This document shows, one piece after another, positions 19,201 through 29,661 of a stretch of DNA of 64,000 nt. The stretch covers positions 288,001 through 352,000 of the forward strand of contig CAVZRV010000007.1 in NCBI GenBank assembly GCA_963777605.1, written 5' to 3'. This stretch comes from an uncultured Acidobacteriota bacterium. Its GTDB lineage: Bacteria > Acidobacteriota > UBA6911 > RPQK01 > JAPXNP01. The stretch's first letter is position 1. The number at the start of each line of letters is the position of its first letter. The notes under the pieces were generated by a model that was not told where the DNA came from, ran no database searches, and worked only from the letters and a program-made list of their open reading frames with translations. Both the position numbers and the translations under genes were made by a program.

Positions 19201-19372
19201 CATGGGAGTTTCGGTCATCGGGGGAATGCTTACTTCAACCTTGCTGACACTGATCGTGATCCCTTCGGTCTACACGGTAATGGACGATATCAGTCTCTGG
19301 ATTGCAGCCAAGTGGCGGAGCCAGGGCCTTGGTGCGAAACAAACTCAATCCATCTCAGGGGAAGCCTCCTAG
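16271..19372 (+). CDS. RND efflux permease (AcrB/MdtB family)
   Basis: MFLSDISIRRPV, GIVIDDAIVVLENI, GIVTKNAILLVD, RLRPILMT; 1033 aa. Confidence 0.96.
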   Translation: MFLSDISIRRPVSTLLFTGAVMFFGYIAFQNMGVDLFPEVEFPTVSVTAVLVGADPEIMDEDVTDVLEEQINTIEGVKSITSISNEGLSQIIVEFDLSKDVDVGAQEVRDKVNLAQVDLPNDLEPPIVQKIDIASQPIMWIAVTTSGDYRRIALYADNVIKERLQTVPGVGAVVLGGFRDRAVRVWLNPQELEARKLTPVDVANAIRAKHIELPGGRIEEPKKEFVVKIQGEYKSVDGLKELVVATRDGALVRLKDVAFVEDGSEDLRSVARFNGLPAIGLGIRKQSGTNTVAVADGVKAALSEITKNVPEGINVQIASDSSRFIKNSMQDVIFDLFLGAILTSIVMLVFLRNFRMTFISIVAIPTSIIASFVIMYWADFTINNMTMLAMSLAIGIVIDDAIVVLENIFRHVEEGQGALEASQIGTSEVGLAVIAASSSIMAVFIPVAFMKGIIGRFFFEFGLSVALSVLISLIVALTVIPMLCSRLLRHDPDHGPIFRVFEQGFRKIESLYAYYLDLSLRHRWITIGLAVAAFIIGLSLFPFLKTGFVTEPDESRFVVRFELPTGTSVEESARRLQDIEKTVLSQSEVRSAFAATGFAGGPNTGIVFANLVYRSDRDASQSDVMARLRTILKEDVPEALISVENVSIVGGGQRNADLQFVIQGPEVEQLGQVANSMLTEMRKLPGFVDVDDNLRLNKPELKVEIDRNLADDMGVDVRTITQNFNILFGGQDVAKFKEGGKRYDIRLRALPDSRSRPSDLLKVALRSASGELTYSPNLVRVIQGVGPQAVNRYNRSRAVTLYANLSGTSLGTALDEMRVLADKYVPKDPAWGTALTGSADVFAESFQYLFSAVLISLLVIYVILGSQFESFIHPFTILMSVPLAVAGSFGLILLSGVQLDIFAFIGFVMLIGIVTKNAILLVDFANQFRARGIPRDEALRKAGPLRLRPILMTAFTTIAAVTPVALALSEGGEQRAPMGVSVIGGMLTSTLLTLIVIPSVYTVMDDISLWIAAKWRSQGLGAKQTQSISGEAS

Positions 19373-19382
19373 GCAGGATTTT

Positions 19383-20654
19383 ATGGAAGCACGTATCATG
19401 ATGAAGCGAAAACTCCTTCTGTTGCTGTTGGCCTTTCTTCCCTTGGCAGCCGCCTGTTCCAGTTCGACTACTGCCGACGAGGCAGGAGTTACCAAGGAAG
19501 TGGCCCTGAATGCCAAAGAAGTGAGTGTCGCCCCCGTCTCGCGGCGAAACTTCGAACAGACTTTGAACGCAACCGGCTCGCTCATTCCCGTTGAAAGGGC
19601 GCGGATCCGTGCACTGGAAGCCGGCCCACTCGTTGGAGTTGGGGTTGACATTGGGGACCGTGTCAGCGCCGGCCAGGTCCTTTTCAGAGTTCGCCAAGTC
19701 GATGCGGAGAATGCGTTGCGATCTGCCCAGGCCCAAAAAGCAACGGCTGTTGCCTCGCTTCGAGACCTGGAAGCATGGCGTAGACCCGAAGAGGTGGATG
19801 TACTGCAGGCACAACTGGAGCGAGCCCAGGTCGAGGCCAAACGGCTGTCCAACGAGAGAGATCGTGCGGCAACCCTTCTCGAGCGCGGCGCAATTTCCAA
19901 GTCCCAGTGGGACCAGGCTCACGCGGCCGCCGAATCTGCTGAAGCCAATCTCAGAGTAGCCAGAGAACAGCTCCGCATCGCCAAAGCCGGCCCCACCGAG
20001 GAACAACTGGCCGTAGCCAGAAGCAGGGTCCAGGAGGCCGAGGCCCGGCTGCAGGAAAGCCAGCAGCGCTTTAGTGACACCACCATTGAAGCCCCCTACA
20101 CGGGGATCATAACCGGCCGCTTTCACGAAGTCGGCGACTACGTCCAGAAGGGACAGGATGTGGTGGAGATCTCTGATATCACGCGGCTTGAGGCCGAAAT
20201 GAAGGTTCCAGAGCGCTACTCCGGAACGTTGCACATCGGTCTCCCCGTGGATGTCCGCATCGAGAGCATTCGCGTATCCCGAAACGGGACAGTGGTTGCA
20301 GTCAACGAGGCAATCGATCAGAACACTCGGACCTTCCTGGTCAAGGTTGCGGTCGACAACTCGGGCACCCTCATCAAGTCAGGCGCTTTCTGCACCGGCA
20401 GTTACCAACTCCCGCCCATCGAGAACGCGATCGCAGTCCCTTCGACTGCTCTGCAAACTCGTGAAGGCCAGACCTTCCTCTGGGTGGCTCAGGACGGCAA
20501 GGCTCACCAATCCGATGTCGTGATTGGCGAGCGCTCAGACGGGTGGATCGAGATCGTCAGCGGGCTGACAGGTTCGGAGAAGGTCATCATCGAGGGATTT
20601 GGTGCCCTTTCAGAAGGTGACGCAATCCAGTTGACTGCCGAAACCACGAACTGA
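19383..20654 (+). CDS. RND periplasmic adaptor (membrane fusion) lipoprotein
   Basis: lipobox LAAAC, GDRVSAGQVL, long coiled coil, IEAPYTGII, DQNTRTF, IAVPSTAL. Confidence 0.92.
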   Translation: MEARIMMKRKLLLLLLAFLPLAAACSSSTTADEAGVTKEVALNAKEVSVAPVSRRNFEQTLNATGSLIPVERARIRALEAGPLVGVGVDIGDRVSAGQVLFRVRQVDAENALRSAQAQKATAVASLRDLEAWRRPEEVDVLQAQLERAQVEAKRLSNERDRAATLLERGAISKSQWDQAHAAAESAEANLRVAREQLRIAKAGPTEEQLAVARSRVQEAEARLQESQQRFSDTTIEAPYTGIITGRFHEVGDYVQKGQDVVEISDITRLEAEMKVPERYSGTLHIGLPVDVRIESIRVSRNGTVVAVNEAIDQNTRTFLVKVAVDNSGTLIKSGAFCTGSYQLPPIENAIAVPSTALQTREGQTFLWVAQDGKAHQSDVVIGERSDGWIEIVSGLTGSEKVIIEGFGALSEGDAIQLTAETTN

Positions 20655-20713
20655 ACCGCAACCCGGAATTCAGTCAAAACGCATTCCGAGGCACTCTTCA
20701 TTGGGTGAAGCAA

Positions 20714-22411
20714 ATGAAACGAAGCCAAACCATTCAAGATAGCTCCTCCACATGGGGAAAAAAGTCTCCCGCAACACTGCTCCTGGTCTGCTTCTTTATG
20801 ATCGCCGGATCATATGGACAGACTCCCTTCGGTCGCTACTACTCCGATGAAAATCGGCGTTCGGTCGAAGTCGGAGGAACCCGGTTCTATGGAACCTTCG
20901 AAAATGGCGAACTTCGCCTGAGCGAGCGGGAAGCGATCGAGATGGCTCTGAAAAACAACCTCGACGTCAACATCCAACGCTACGATCCTATCTCCGCAAA
21001 GTGGGCCGTTAACGAAGTCCACTCTGCCTACGATCCCGAAGCGTTCTTCAATTTCAACTGGAACCGTCAGGTGACACCCACGACATCGATCCTGCAGGGA
21101 CGCGAGAGCCTCACCACGATCGCGACGACAGGGAACTCGGGTGTCCGGAAACTTTTCCCGACCGGAACCTCGGCCGAACTCTACTTCGACGTTCGGCGAG
21201 ATCGTTCAACGTCTTTTTTCTCCACCATTAATCCTGCGATCAACACAAGTCTCGGCATTCTCGTCCGCCAGAATCTGCTCAAAGGATTCGGCAAATTCAG
21301 TGCCGAGTACCAGATCGAGATCACCCGAAACAACCTTAGCATCAGCAATGAGCAGTTCCGCCGGGTGGCCAGCGACCTGATCCTTCAGGTCCAGCAGGCT
21401 TACTGGGATCTCCGGTACGCTATGGAAGACATAGACGTCAAGCAGAAAGCCCTCGACGCAGCCAGTGCCCTCCTGGATCAGAATCGAGCCCGCTACGAAG
21501 CCGGCACGGCTGCCCGGTTGGACGTCTCCCAAACGGAGGCCGAGTACGCACTGCGCGAGGAGGAACTCACCCGGGCAAAGGCCACAAGGGAAATCCTCCA
21601 GGATCAGTTGATTCAGCTTATCTCTACCTATGAAGACCCCCGGGAATTCCCGGGGACGATCATTCCCGATCGTCCCGACGATACCTTTCCCCCTTTGGAA
21701 AGCTATTCCGAACTCAAGAGTCTCGCCGTGGAGAAGCGGCCCGAACTGCTGCAGAACGAACTGGATATCGAAAACAAGAAGATCGGGTTGGAATCCACCA
21801 GAAATGAACTCCGCCCCACCCTGGACCTGGTGGCCGGTTACGAACATTTTGGACTGGGTGGCCACAACAAAATTGTCGATTTCTCAGGCGGGATCACGGA
21901 CCCGGTCATTCTTGACGTCATTCCCGGAGGAATTCGGCAATCGATGAACCAGTTAATGAGCGGACGCTTCTACGGATACGTCGTCGGAGTTGACCTGAAT
22001 ATCCCCCTGGGAAACGAAGGAGCGCGGGCTCGCAACGCCCAGGCCCAAATCGCCTATGCCCGGACCGTGCTCGGAAAGCGAAGTCTCCTCCAGGGTGTCA
22101 GTCTTGAGATCCGGGACGCAATGACCCGTATTCAAACCAGCCGCGCAAGTATCCAGTCCAGCCAGGCCGCAGTCGAGGCGGCTAGACAGAGACTCGACGC
22201 GGAGGAGGCGCGCTTTGAAGTGGGCGCGGGAACCACTCGGGAATTGATCGAAGCCCAGCGGGACCTGCTGGTTGCAGCATCGGTCCTCGTCCGTGCCCGA
22301 ACGGCGCTTGTCAAGAGCTACGCTGCCCTGGACCGTGCAGTAGGAAGATCATTCGAGCGCAACGGGATTCTCCTGGAACAGGCTCTGACTACCAACGTCG
22401 TCGGCCCGTGA
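20714..22411 (+). CDS. TolC family outer-membrane efflux protein
   Basis: EAIEMALKNNLD, VQQAYWDL, ARFEVGAGTTRELIEAQRDL; follows the RND and MFP genes. Confidence 0.92.
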   Translation: MKRSQTIQDSSSTWGKKSPATLLLVCFFMIAGSYGQTPFGRYYSDENRRSVEVGGTRFYGTFENGELRLSEREAIEMALKNNLDVNIQRYDPISAKWAVNEVHSAYDPEAFFNFNWNRQVTPTTSILQGRESLTTIATTGNSGVRKLFPTGTSAELYFDVRRDRSTSFFSTINPAINTSLGILVRQNLLKGFGKFSAEYQIEITRNNLSISNEQFRRVASDLILQVQQAYWDLRYAMEDIDVKQKALDAASALLDQNRARYEAGTAARLDVSQTEAEYALREEELTRAKATREILQDQLIQLISTYEDPREFPGTIIPDRPDDTFPPLESYSELKSLAVEKRPELLQNELDIENKKIGLESTRNELRPTLDLVAGYEHFGLGGHNKIVDFSGGITDPVILDVIPGGIRQSMNQLMSGRFYGYVVGVDLNIPLGNEGARARNAQAQIAYARTVLGKRSLLQGVSLEIRDAMTRIQTSRASIQSSQAAVEAARQRLDAEEARFEVGAGTTRELIEAQRDLLVAASVLVRARTALVKSYAALDRAVGRSFERNGILLEQALTTNVVGP

Positions 22412-22491
22412 TCCCCCTTTGAATTCCCGCTGGACTGGTGGAACCCATCGGTTTGTGGTACAGACAGTTCGAACCCAGGGAGGATGCCAAA

Positions 22492-23790
22492 GTGAAATCG
22501 TTGCGATGTCGGTTTCTGTTTCCAGTACTCTGGTTTGCCGTCCAATTTTCCGTTTCGGCGGGAGAGCTTCCCACCGTATCTCCCCGCCAGGCCGGTTTCG
22601 ACCCGCACCGGATGGAACAGATCACAACGGTATTCGGTGACTACGTCAAGGCGGGCAAACTTCCCGGTACCGTGGCACTGGTCGCTCGTCATGGCAGTAT
22701 CGCCTACCTGAAGGCCGACGGCTTCAAGGACATCGAGTCCAAGGAACCGATCGGACTCGATACGATATTCCGCATCTACTCGATGACGAAACCGATCACC
22801 ACCGTCGGCGCCATGATTCTCTACGAGGAAGGTCGCTTCCAGCTGGATGACCCGATCTCCAAGTACATCCCGGAATTCAAGGACCTCAAGGTGCTGGTCG
22901 GAGATGAAACCGGAGATGCCAACCTCGTCAAGCCGGACAGGCCACCGACGATCCACGATTTGATGCGTCACACCGCCGGGTTCACCTACGGGGTCTTCGG
23001 CGACACCATGGTGGACCGAATGTATCGCGATGCCAGGACGCTGGGTGAGGACCTTCCCCTCCACGACTTCATCTCCCGCCTGGCCGGACTTCCCCTTCAA
23101 TACCAGCCGGGAACACACTGGCACTATGGCGTTTCGGTTGACGTGCTGGGTTATTTGATCGAGGTGGTCTCGGGCCAGACGCTGGACGTGTTCCTGAAAG
23201 AACGCATCTTCCACCCCCTTGACATGAAGGATACCGCTTTCTCAGTGCCGCCCGGGAAACTGGGCCGGTTTGCGACCTGCTATGTCCCGAACCGGGACGC
23301 GACTTCCGAAAATGGTCTCCCCCTTATGAAGGCCTCCGACCGCCCTGAGACCAGCCCGTATGCGGCCCAGCGCAAGTTCCTTTCAGGGGGAGGGGGGCTG
23401 GTTTCGACGGCCCGGGACTATGCCCGGTTTCTGCAGATGATGCTGAACGGCGGCGAACTTGACGGGACCCGCATCCTGAGCCCCAAAACGGTCGCATTCA
23501 TGACCCGAAACCACCTTCCAGCCGTGGCGCTTGCCCGCAAACCGCTCGCCGGTGCCGGTTTCGGACTCGGCTTTGCGGTCGTGCTGGATCCTCCTCAGAG
23601 CGGAGTGATCAGTTCGGAAGGGGAGTATAACTGGGGCGGTTATGCCAGCACCGAGTTCTGGGTCGATCCGAAGGAGGATCTGTTCGCGATCCTGATGACC
23701 CAACTAATTCCATCCTCGACCTATCCCCTGAAGAACAACTTCAAGGTGGCTCTCTACCAGGCCCTCATCGATCAGGAGCCTTCCGAATAG
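22492..23790 (+). CDS. serine hydrolase, beta-lactamase class C-like family, secreted
   Basis: SMTK (SxxK), LMRHTAG, PGTHWHYG, GGGGLVSTARDY, WGG; GGAGG RBS before GTG 22492. Confidence 0.9.
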   Translation: MKSLRCRFLFPVLWFAVQFSVSAGELPTVSPRQAGFDPHRMEQITTVFGDYVKAGKLPGTVALVARHGSIAYLKADGFKDIESKEPIGLDTIFRIYSMTKPITTVGAMILYEEGRFQLDDPISKYIPEFKDLKVLVGDETGDANLVKPDRPPTIHDLMRHTAGFTYGVFGDTMVDRMYRDARTLGEDLPLHDFISRLAGLPLQYQPGTHWHYGVSVDVLGYLIEVVSGQTLDVFLKERIFHPLDMKDTAFSVPPGKLGRFATCYVPNRDATSENGLPLMKASDRPETSPYAAQRKFLSGGGGLVSTARDYARFLQMMLNGGELDGTRILSPKTVAFMTRNHLPAVALARKPLAGAGFGLGFAVVLDPPQSGVISSEGEYNWGGYASTEFWVDPKEDLFAILMTQLIPSSTYPLKNNFKVALYQALIDQEPSE

Positions 23791-24518
23791 GATCCTTCGG
23801 ACTGGGCTCCCGAGGCCAGTTGCTCATAGCTGTCGTGAACGACTCTCAATGCCTCGAGGATTGAAGAGTCGTCGTCAGCGGCAATCGCGTCGCTGAGCAT
23901 CCCGGTGGCGTCCTGGAGTTTCTTTGCTTTCTCGACTTTCTCCGGAGCCATTTGTTCAGCAGTCGCCAGGATCAGTCGAGATCGGATTCGAAGCTTGGGA
24001 GCCGCCGCCTCAATCGCTGCAACGTCCTTTTTCGGGTAAGCACTGTGCCAGAGCGGGCGCACCAGCGTGTGGAAGTCATCCAGCAGGTCTTCAAGTGTTA
24101 CCAGTGAACTGTTGAGCGCCTGGTAGCCTCGGTGGACTCGGTCCAGCGCTGCCTTGACCGCCGCTTCGTTTCCACCCGGCTTGCTCGCCGCCGCCAGTTG
24201 GTCGACCGCGCTGGAAAAGTCGGATGCTTTCGCGGAAATCTCACTGCACCGTCCCGCCAGGTTCTTCGGCAGCGACGACTCCATGACTGCTTCCTTGAGT
24301 CGCAACAACTCAGGGGCCTGCTGCTTGACCGGACCGTAGTCTCCCTGCCCAACCGGTCCATGAATCAGCTTGCTCATCACATCATGGAAGTCGCCGAGGG
24401 ACCCTCTCATGCTGTCGTCATCGGCTGTCTTGAAGAGGCAATCGGATCCCAGGGCCGGCCGGATTCCGAACATCAGGGCCACACATACTAACGGCAGAAC
24501 AGCTGCTCTCAGTCTCAT
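23772..24518 (-). CDS. secreted helical protein with two His-rich internal repeats, function unknown
   Basis: signal peptide; repeats DFHDVMSKLIH...RVHRGYQAL and DFHTLVRPLWH...VVHDSYEQL. Confidence 0.7.
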   Translation of the reverse strand: MRLRAAVLPLVCVALMFGIRPALGSDCLFKTADDDSMRGSLGDFHDVMSKLIHGPVGQGDYGPVKQQAPELLRLKEAVMESSLPKNLAGRCSEISAKASDFSSAVDQLAAASKPGGNEAAVKAALDRVHRGYQALNSSLVTLEDLLDDFHTLVRPLWHSAYPKKDVAAIEAAAPKLRIRSRLILATAEQMAPEKVEKAKKLQDATGMLSDAIAADDDSSILEALRVVHDSYEQLASGAQSEGSYSEGS

Positions 24519-24633
24519 GGTCTACTCTCTCCGATGGATTGGTACCTGGGCTGCAAAACCTGAAAGAGTCAGATGATAACCGAAAGCCGGCTCCATGCAA
24601 AGCTTCCGGGGCAGTTCAAAGTCTTCAGCCCGA

Positions 24634-27600
24634 TCATTCATCAGCGGGGCAACTGCCGAGAAAGATCTCCGGGCCCCGGTCGCGGTTCTCCCCGGTGAAA
24701 TCCGCGTTCGAGAAAAAGAGCAACTGGAGACCGTCCGAAGAGAGCACTCCTCCGGAGTTGAGCGCCCTCCGACTGCGGGTCACCTGATCCAGCGTCTGGC
24801 TCGGCTCGTTCCAGATCAGGACTTCCTGGTTCCCGTCCCGGTTCAGCTGCAGCGGGTTCCCATCCGACGTCAGAGCCAGCCTCTTACCCAGGGAATCGAT
24901 TGACGACATCCGTGCTGCGTAGCGTGAAGGGTTGATCTGGCGCAACTCCGAAGCGCCGGCGTCGAACAGGTAGGTCGCCCAATCGAGGCTCGGGTTTCGG
25001 CCCACGAGGTCGAGCTTGGAGTTGAAGCCAATCCGCTCGCCGGACGCATCCATGTCAAAGACCACGTCATCGGGCAGCAGGCGACCCGTCGCGACCTGGG
25101 CCACCGGCAGGAAAGTTGCAGCGCCGCGGTCAGCGAGAATCAGAAGAGTGTTGCCATCAGGGTTGCTACCCTGGATGTTGGCCGTGGAGAGAAACGCAAA
25201 ACGGGAACCGTCCGCAGAAAGGCGGGGTGAGAAATTGGCCCCGGTGGCCGAATTCGTTAACTGACTCAGCGTCTCAGACTCCAGATCGAAAAGGAAGACC
25301 TCGGGATTCCCGCCGGGGTTGCTCCCCAACGGGTTTCCCGCAGCCATGTAAGTCAACTGTTGTCCGCGCACCATCAAAGTTCCCGGGAAAGGCCGCGATC
25401 CCCGGAAGAACGCTGGTGCTTCCCTGCTCGACGTCCATCAGGACCAGCACCGCCTGCCCTGCCGATCCTCCAATTCGATCGGCGTCGGACCGGTACATCA
25501 CCCACCGGCCGGCCGGGCTCAACACCGGGAAATCATTCCCGCCCGCAGTCGTCCGCGTCAACTGTACGGGGCGCCGGTCTCCCTGTTTGAAGAGGAAGAG
25601 TTCCTCGTTGCCGTCCGGGTTTTCATCGACAGGATCTCCCGTGGACGAGAAGACGACCGCGTTTCCCGATTCACTGAAGGAAGCCCGGCCCAGTCTCAAT
25701 TCGGTTCCCGAACTCTTCGTCAACTGTCGAATTGTGCAGGGCGGGAACGCCTTTCTCTCCAGGAGGTTGTTGGTCTCGGAAAGATAAATCCCGGGAAGCG
25801 GAACGAACCGGATCACAGAACCCTGCCCAGCTGCTTCGGAAAGCACGATCCCGCTGGTTCCCGTCAGTGGGTTGTCCTCCCCGAGGAACGTCATGCTGGT
25901 GGCATCAGACGCATCGACCCAACGCCTGACCGTCCCGTCGAAGGGGACCACGAACGTCAGTCGGTCTCCCTGACGCTCTGAAACGAGCAGGTGGAATGCA
26001 GCGGGACAACTCACACCTCGACGGTAGAATCCCAGCAGCGCTCCGGGCTCGCGGAGTCCCGAAGCGACCGTTCGCAACCCGCCGGTGAGCCGATTCAGCT
26101 CCAGAATCACCCCGTCGTCTTTGACCGAGACAAAAACGCTCCCACTGCAGCGGTCCACTGCGAGCCTCCCGCTTCGTGCCGCCAGGAGAAGCCGCTTCCC
26201 ACCCGACTGGAGCTTGATGCCTTTCGAAGCCGGCCCGCTCAAGTCGATCTCCAGAACCGAGAGCGGATACGAACTGACCTCATCTGCTTCTGCCACGAGC
26301 AGGAGATCCTCGACATCGTCGATTACCAGAGAACTGGGCTGGTTCAATCCCGACAAGACAACCCGAGATCCTCCGGTGGAAGGATTCAAGCGAATCACGG
26401 ACCCGCCCGTCTCGGCGGCCATGACCAGGTATTCTTGCCCGTCCGATGCCAGGTACGAAACCATTTCGGAGATGGTCTCGTTCGGAAAGCTCGCGACTGC
26501 TACAGGGACCAACTGGGTCAGATCGAGGATGGAAGTGCCCCCACTGGCCGGCGCGATTCGACCTGAAGCCCCCGGCGCAACCGACAACTCCGCCGCAAAC
26601 AGGCGCTGCAGCGAATTCAGGTAGGCCAGCGACTGAACCAGTCCGAGGCCGCTGAGCAAGTCTGCCTTGGAGAGAATGTCGACCGATGCTCCGGCCGCCC
26701 GGTTTCCGCTCGCGGCGGAAATCGTCACTGGGAGCGTCGGAGGAGTGGTGGCGGGTGCCAGATACCGCCCCGATCCGTCGATCGTCCCGAAATCCGGAGT
26801 TCCCACCGGGAACGGAATTCACAGCCCAGGCGACCGCCCCCGAGCTCTCCGATGTGAAGACCTGCTCATTTCCGGGCTGCACTACGGCAAGCCTCGGGCT
26901 GACGCCCACAGGATCGGGTTCGCTGTCCGGTTTGAAATCGGCCGGAACGGTCTGGGGAGGGATGTTGGAGAGAACTCCACTCGCGATGTTTCCGAACAGT
27001 GAGGTCAGGTAGATCGGAAGGTCGCTGGATAAGCGGATGAAGCCCCCGGCCATGTTTGCCGACTCGGGAACGAATTCGTCGATGAGCCGGCTGACCCTTT
27101 CGCCGGGGCGAAGCACCGCTGCGAACGAACCCACGAGGCTTCCGTCGGGATGGTAGGCGCTCACTTCCAGGTTGGCGGCTAGCGTTCCGGGGTTAAGTGC
27201 AGCGACACCCGTGAAGAAGCCCAGGCTGGTAGCGATATGGGAGAAGAGCGCGCTGGTTTCGCCCTGGGCAACGGTGGCCACCCCGGCCGCGGACCCAATC
27301 GACGGAACCGAGTAGGTCAGCATGCCGTTCAGGGATTCGGAAGAGGATTCCACTTCGAGCCAACCATCAAGAGTTTCGCTGCCCCGGAAGCCAAAGAGCG
27401 ACTCCAGATCTCGTCGCAACGCAGCCTCCGGATCGAGCGGCCAGTGTCACCGGGTTGGTGCCGGACTCGGGCTCGTAGAGGCCGCCGTCCGGTTGGTGGG
27501 CAGTCACCCGGGCAATCACCGAACGGGTCGAGTAGTTGACCAGGACCAGTTCGCTCTTGAAGGGCCCCAGCACCGCCAACTGGGGAAACACGAGGCGGGA

Positions 27601-28341
27601 CAACTGCTCCGTTCGGGGCCTCGCACTGAAACCGATGATGTCCTTTCCGGCCACGAGCCCAAATCCCACCAGGGGCTGGTTCGAATCGGCCCGGACGTAC
27701 AGAGCCGAATCGTCAGAGGTCGAGGCAGCAACCTCGAAGAATGAAGCCACATCGAAACGGAGGCAGCCGGATGCGGCAAGATCGACCTGCTTCACCAACG
27801 GCGTGCCGAGCCCGAACAGCGTCAGCTGAACAGAAGCCGTTTCGTCCGCCGGGTTGACCAGGTTCAGCTCAGTCGAGTAGTCGGATCCGACACGGACCTG
27901 GTTAAATACCACCTCCGCTGTCGGTTCCGGGATATCCCCACCGTCAAAGATCGAGACCTCGGCATTGAGGTACAGAAAGAAACCCGTGAGATCGTCGGCA
28001 CTGCTCTCGGCAAGGATCCAGGCTACCTCGGTCGGCTCCGTTGATCCTCCAAAGGCTTCCAGGACGGTCGTCGCGTATTGGGTTCCCGCCCCCACCACAA
28101 CCTGAAGCGGATTTCGGCTCGCCTCGACCAGTTTCCCCTGAAAGTCATAGGCCGTCAGCGTGACTGACGCCGATTCCTCGTTCGGATTGACGATTGCCAA
28201 CCCCGTAATGGTGTTCGGGCTGAACGAAGCCCGCGCAAAATGGAGCTCCGATTTTGCCAGGGCTGTCGACCCGTGCGCCAGCAACATGGCCAGCATTGTG
28301 AGTAAACAAATCTTCAGGAAATCGCAACTCCCAGCCCTCAA
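24634..28341 (-). pseudogene. large secreted multidomain protein (beta-sandwich repeats, Ig-like domain, beta-propellers) split by three +1 frameshifts; pseudogene or assembly error
   Basis: four overlapping ORFs (27367-28617, 26280-27419, 25274-26806, 24634-25377) join if one base is removed near 27441, 26800 and 25366; repeats TGLAIVNP/TELNLVNP/SELVLVN/TGVAALNP and six GxNxDGNxE-type blades. Confidence 0.75.
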
Positions 28342-29001
28342 GTGTGGGCGGACGTTCCCCTTGGCGTTCAATTCAAGGTTGTCCCATGGCGTTGAACTCA
28401 CAGGCCCCTCTCTACTCCTGGTTGGACTTAGCGGTTCACGGAATGAATTGCGCAAAAGTATACCCGAGATGATGATCGAGCGGCTTTCAGAACAAGAGTG
28501 AAAGGACGGCATCTCCCGATTTCCACCAAAATGCCTGACTCGAAACTTCATCCCTGGAGACTCCGAATTGAAACGCGAAGTCGCGAAGTTTTCCAAGGAT
28601 AATCTTGTTGAAAACAAAGAAGATCTTGGTGCCTTGGCGGTTCAATCCAGTCGCGGCAGTTTTACTCTCGGAATGGTCCCGCGCCGCCGGGGGGCCAGAT
28701 AACCTGAAACAGAAATCTGGAAAAACTGGATGAATTGGAATTGGGGGCCAGCCCGGAGGGCGGCATGGAGAAGCCCAAGACCAGCCGAAGGCGCAGTCCT
28801 GGGCCGTCCGGGGCCCCACCCCACCCGAGTCCCGCCTCGGCGGGACAGACACGACCAAATAGCATTTGTGATCTTTGGTTTTCAATTTGTGATTCGGGGG
28901 GGACGGGAAGATTCCATTTATCGGAGTTCGCCCTCCAAGGGGACGGAGGCAACGGAAGCTGTCGCTTCCTGACCACGACTGAGCCTTTCCGTCTGGCTGT
29001 A

Positions 29002-29661
29002 TTAATAGAATTTTTCCCCAGCGACCTTTTCGGACAGGTGGGACGAATCGCAGTCCCCGTCCAGTTCCCAACCGGACGGCGTCTCCACCAGGCGGGCAAG
29101 GGAACAACACGGGACCGAGGGGAAAACGCCGTCAGCTTCCTCGGGCGGTAAGCCGAGCAGTCCGGCAGCGACACCTTGGACGGAGGCACCGTGGCCCACC
29201 CAGAGAGAATCAGCCGAAATTTCCCCAACCAGTTCTCGGGCGGTTCGTGCCACTCGCTTGAACATTGCCGCTTTCGATTCCGGGTAGCACGGATGGACCA
29301 GGGATTGGCGCGATCGAACGATGCGTGGAAAGGACTCAACCAGCCCGTTCGAGACAAGCAACCGGGGGCGGGTTCCGAACCAGACCGGGTTGAGCCATTC
29401 GGATAAGCCCCATTCGAGGTGAATAGGCAGATTCAGAATTTCGGCTATCTCCGCCGCAGTCTGCACACAACGCTGGAACGGGGAGGAGTAGATCGACCGA
29501 ATGCCGGCTCCCCTCAATGCCAGGCCGGTCTCTTCCGCCTGTTCGAGCCCATCCTCGGACAAAGGAGGGTCGTCCGGAAACTTGGCACTACTGCGCCACT
29601 CCGGGTCTACAAAGTCCATCCGGTTTCCATGTCTCGCAATCCATATCGTTCTGGTCGTCAT
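29002..29661 (-). CDS. histidine phosphatase superfamily protein
   Basis: IWIARHG, PPLSEDG..QA, SSPFQRCVQTA, LWVGHG. Confidence 0.9.
   Translation of the reverse strand: MTTRTIWIARHGNRMDFVDPEWRSSAKFPDDPPLSEDGLEQAEETGLALRGAGIRSIYSSPFQRCVQTAAEIAEILNLPIHLEWGLSEWLNPVWFGTRPRLLVSNGLVESFPRIVRSRQSLVHPCYPESKAAMFKRVARTARELVGEISADSLWVGHGASVQGVAAGLLGLPPEEADGVFPSVPCCSLARLVETPSGWELDGDCDSSHLSEKVAGEKFY

Noticed and set aside
22492-23790. Antibiotic-resistance beta-lactamase linked to RND efflux
   Set aside because: Motifs (SMTK, LxxHTAG, WGG) fit the broad esterase/serine hydrolase family; nothing specifically indicates beta-lactam hydrolysis.
28487-29151. ORFs of 138-231 aa across the 28.5-29.1 kb intergenic region
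   Set aside because: Low-complexity Pro/Arg/Gly translations without RBS or motifs; the region is better explained as repeats and promoter DNA.
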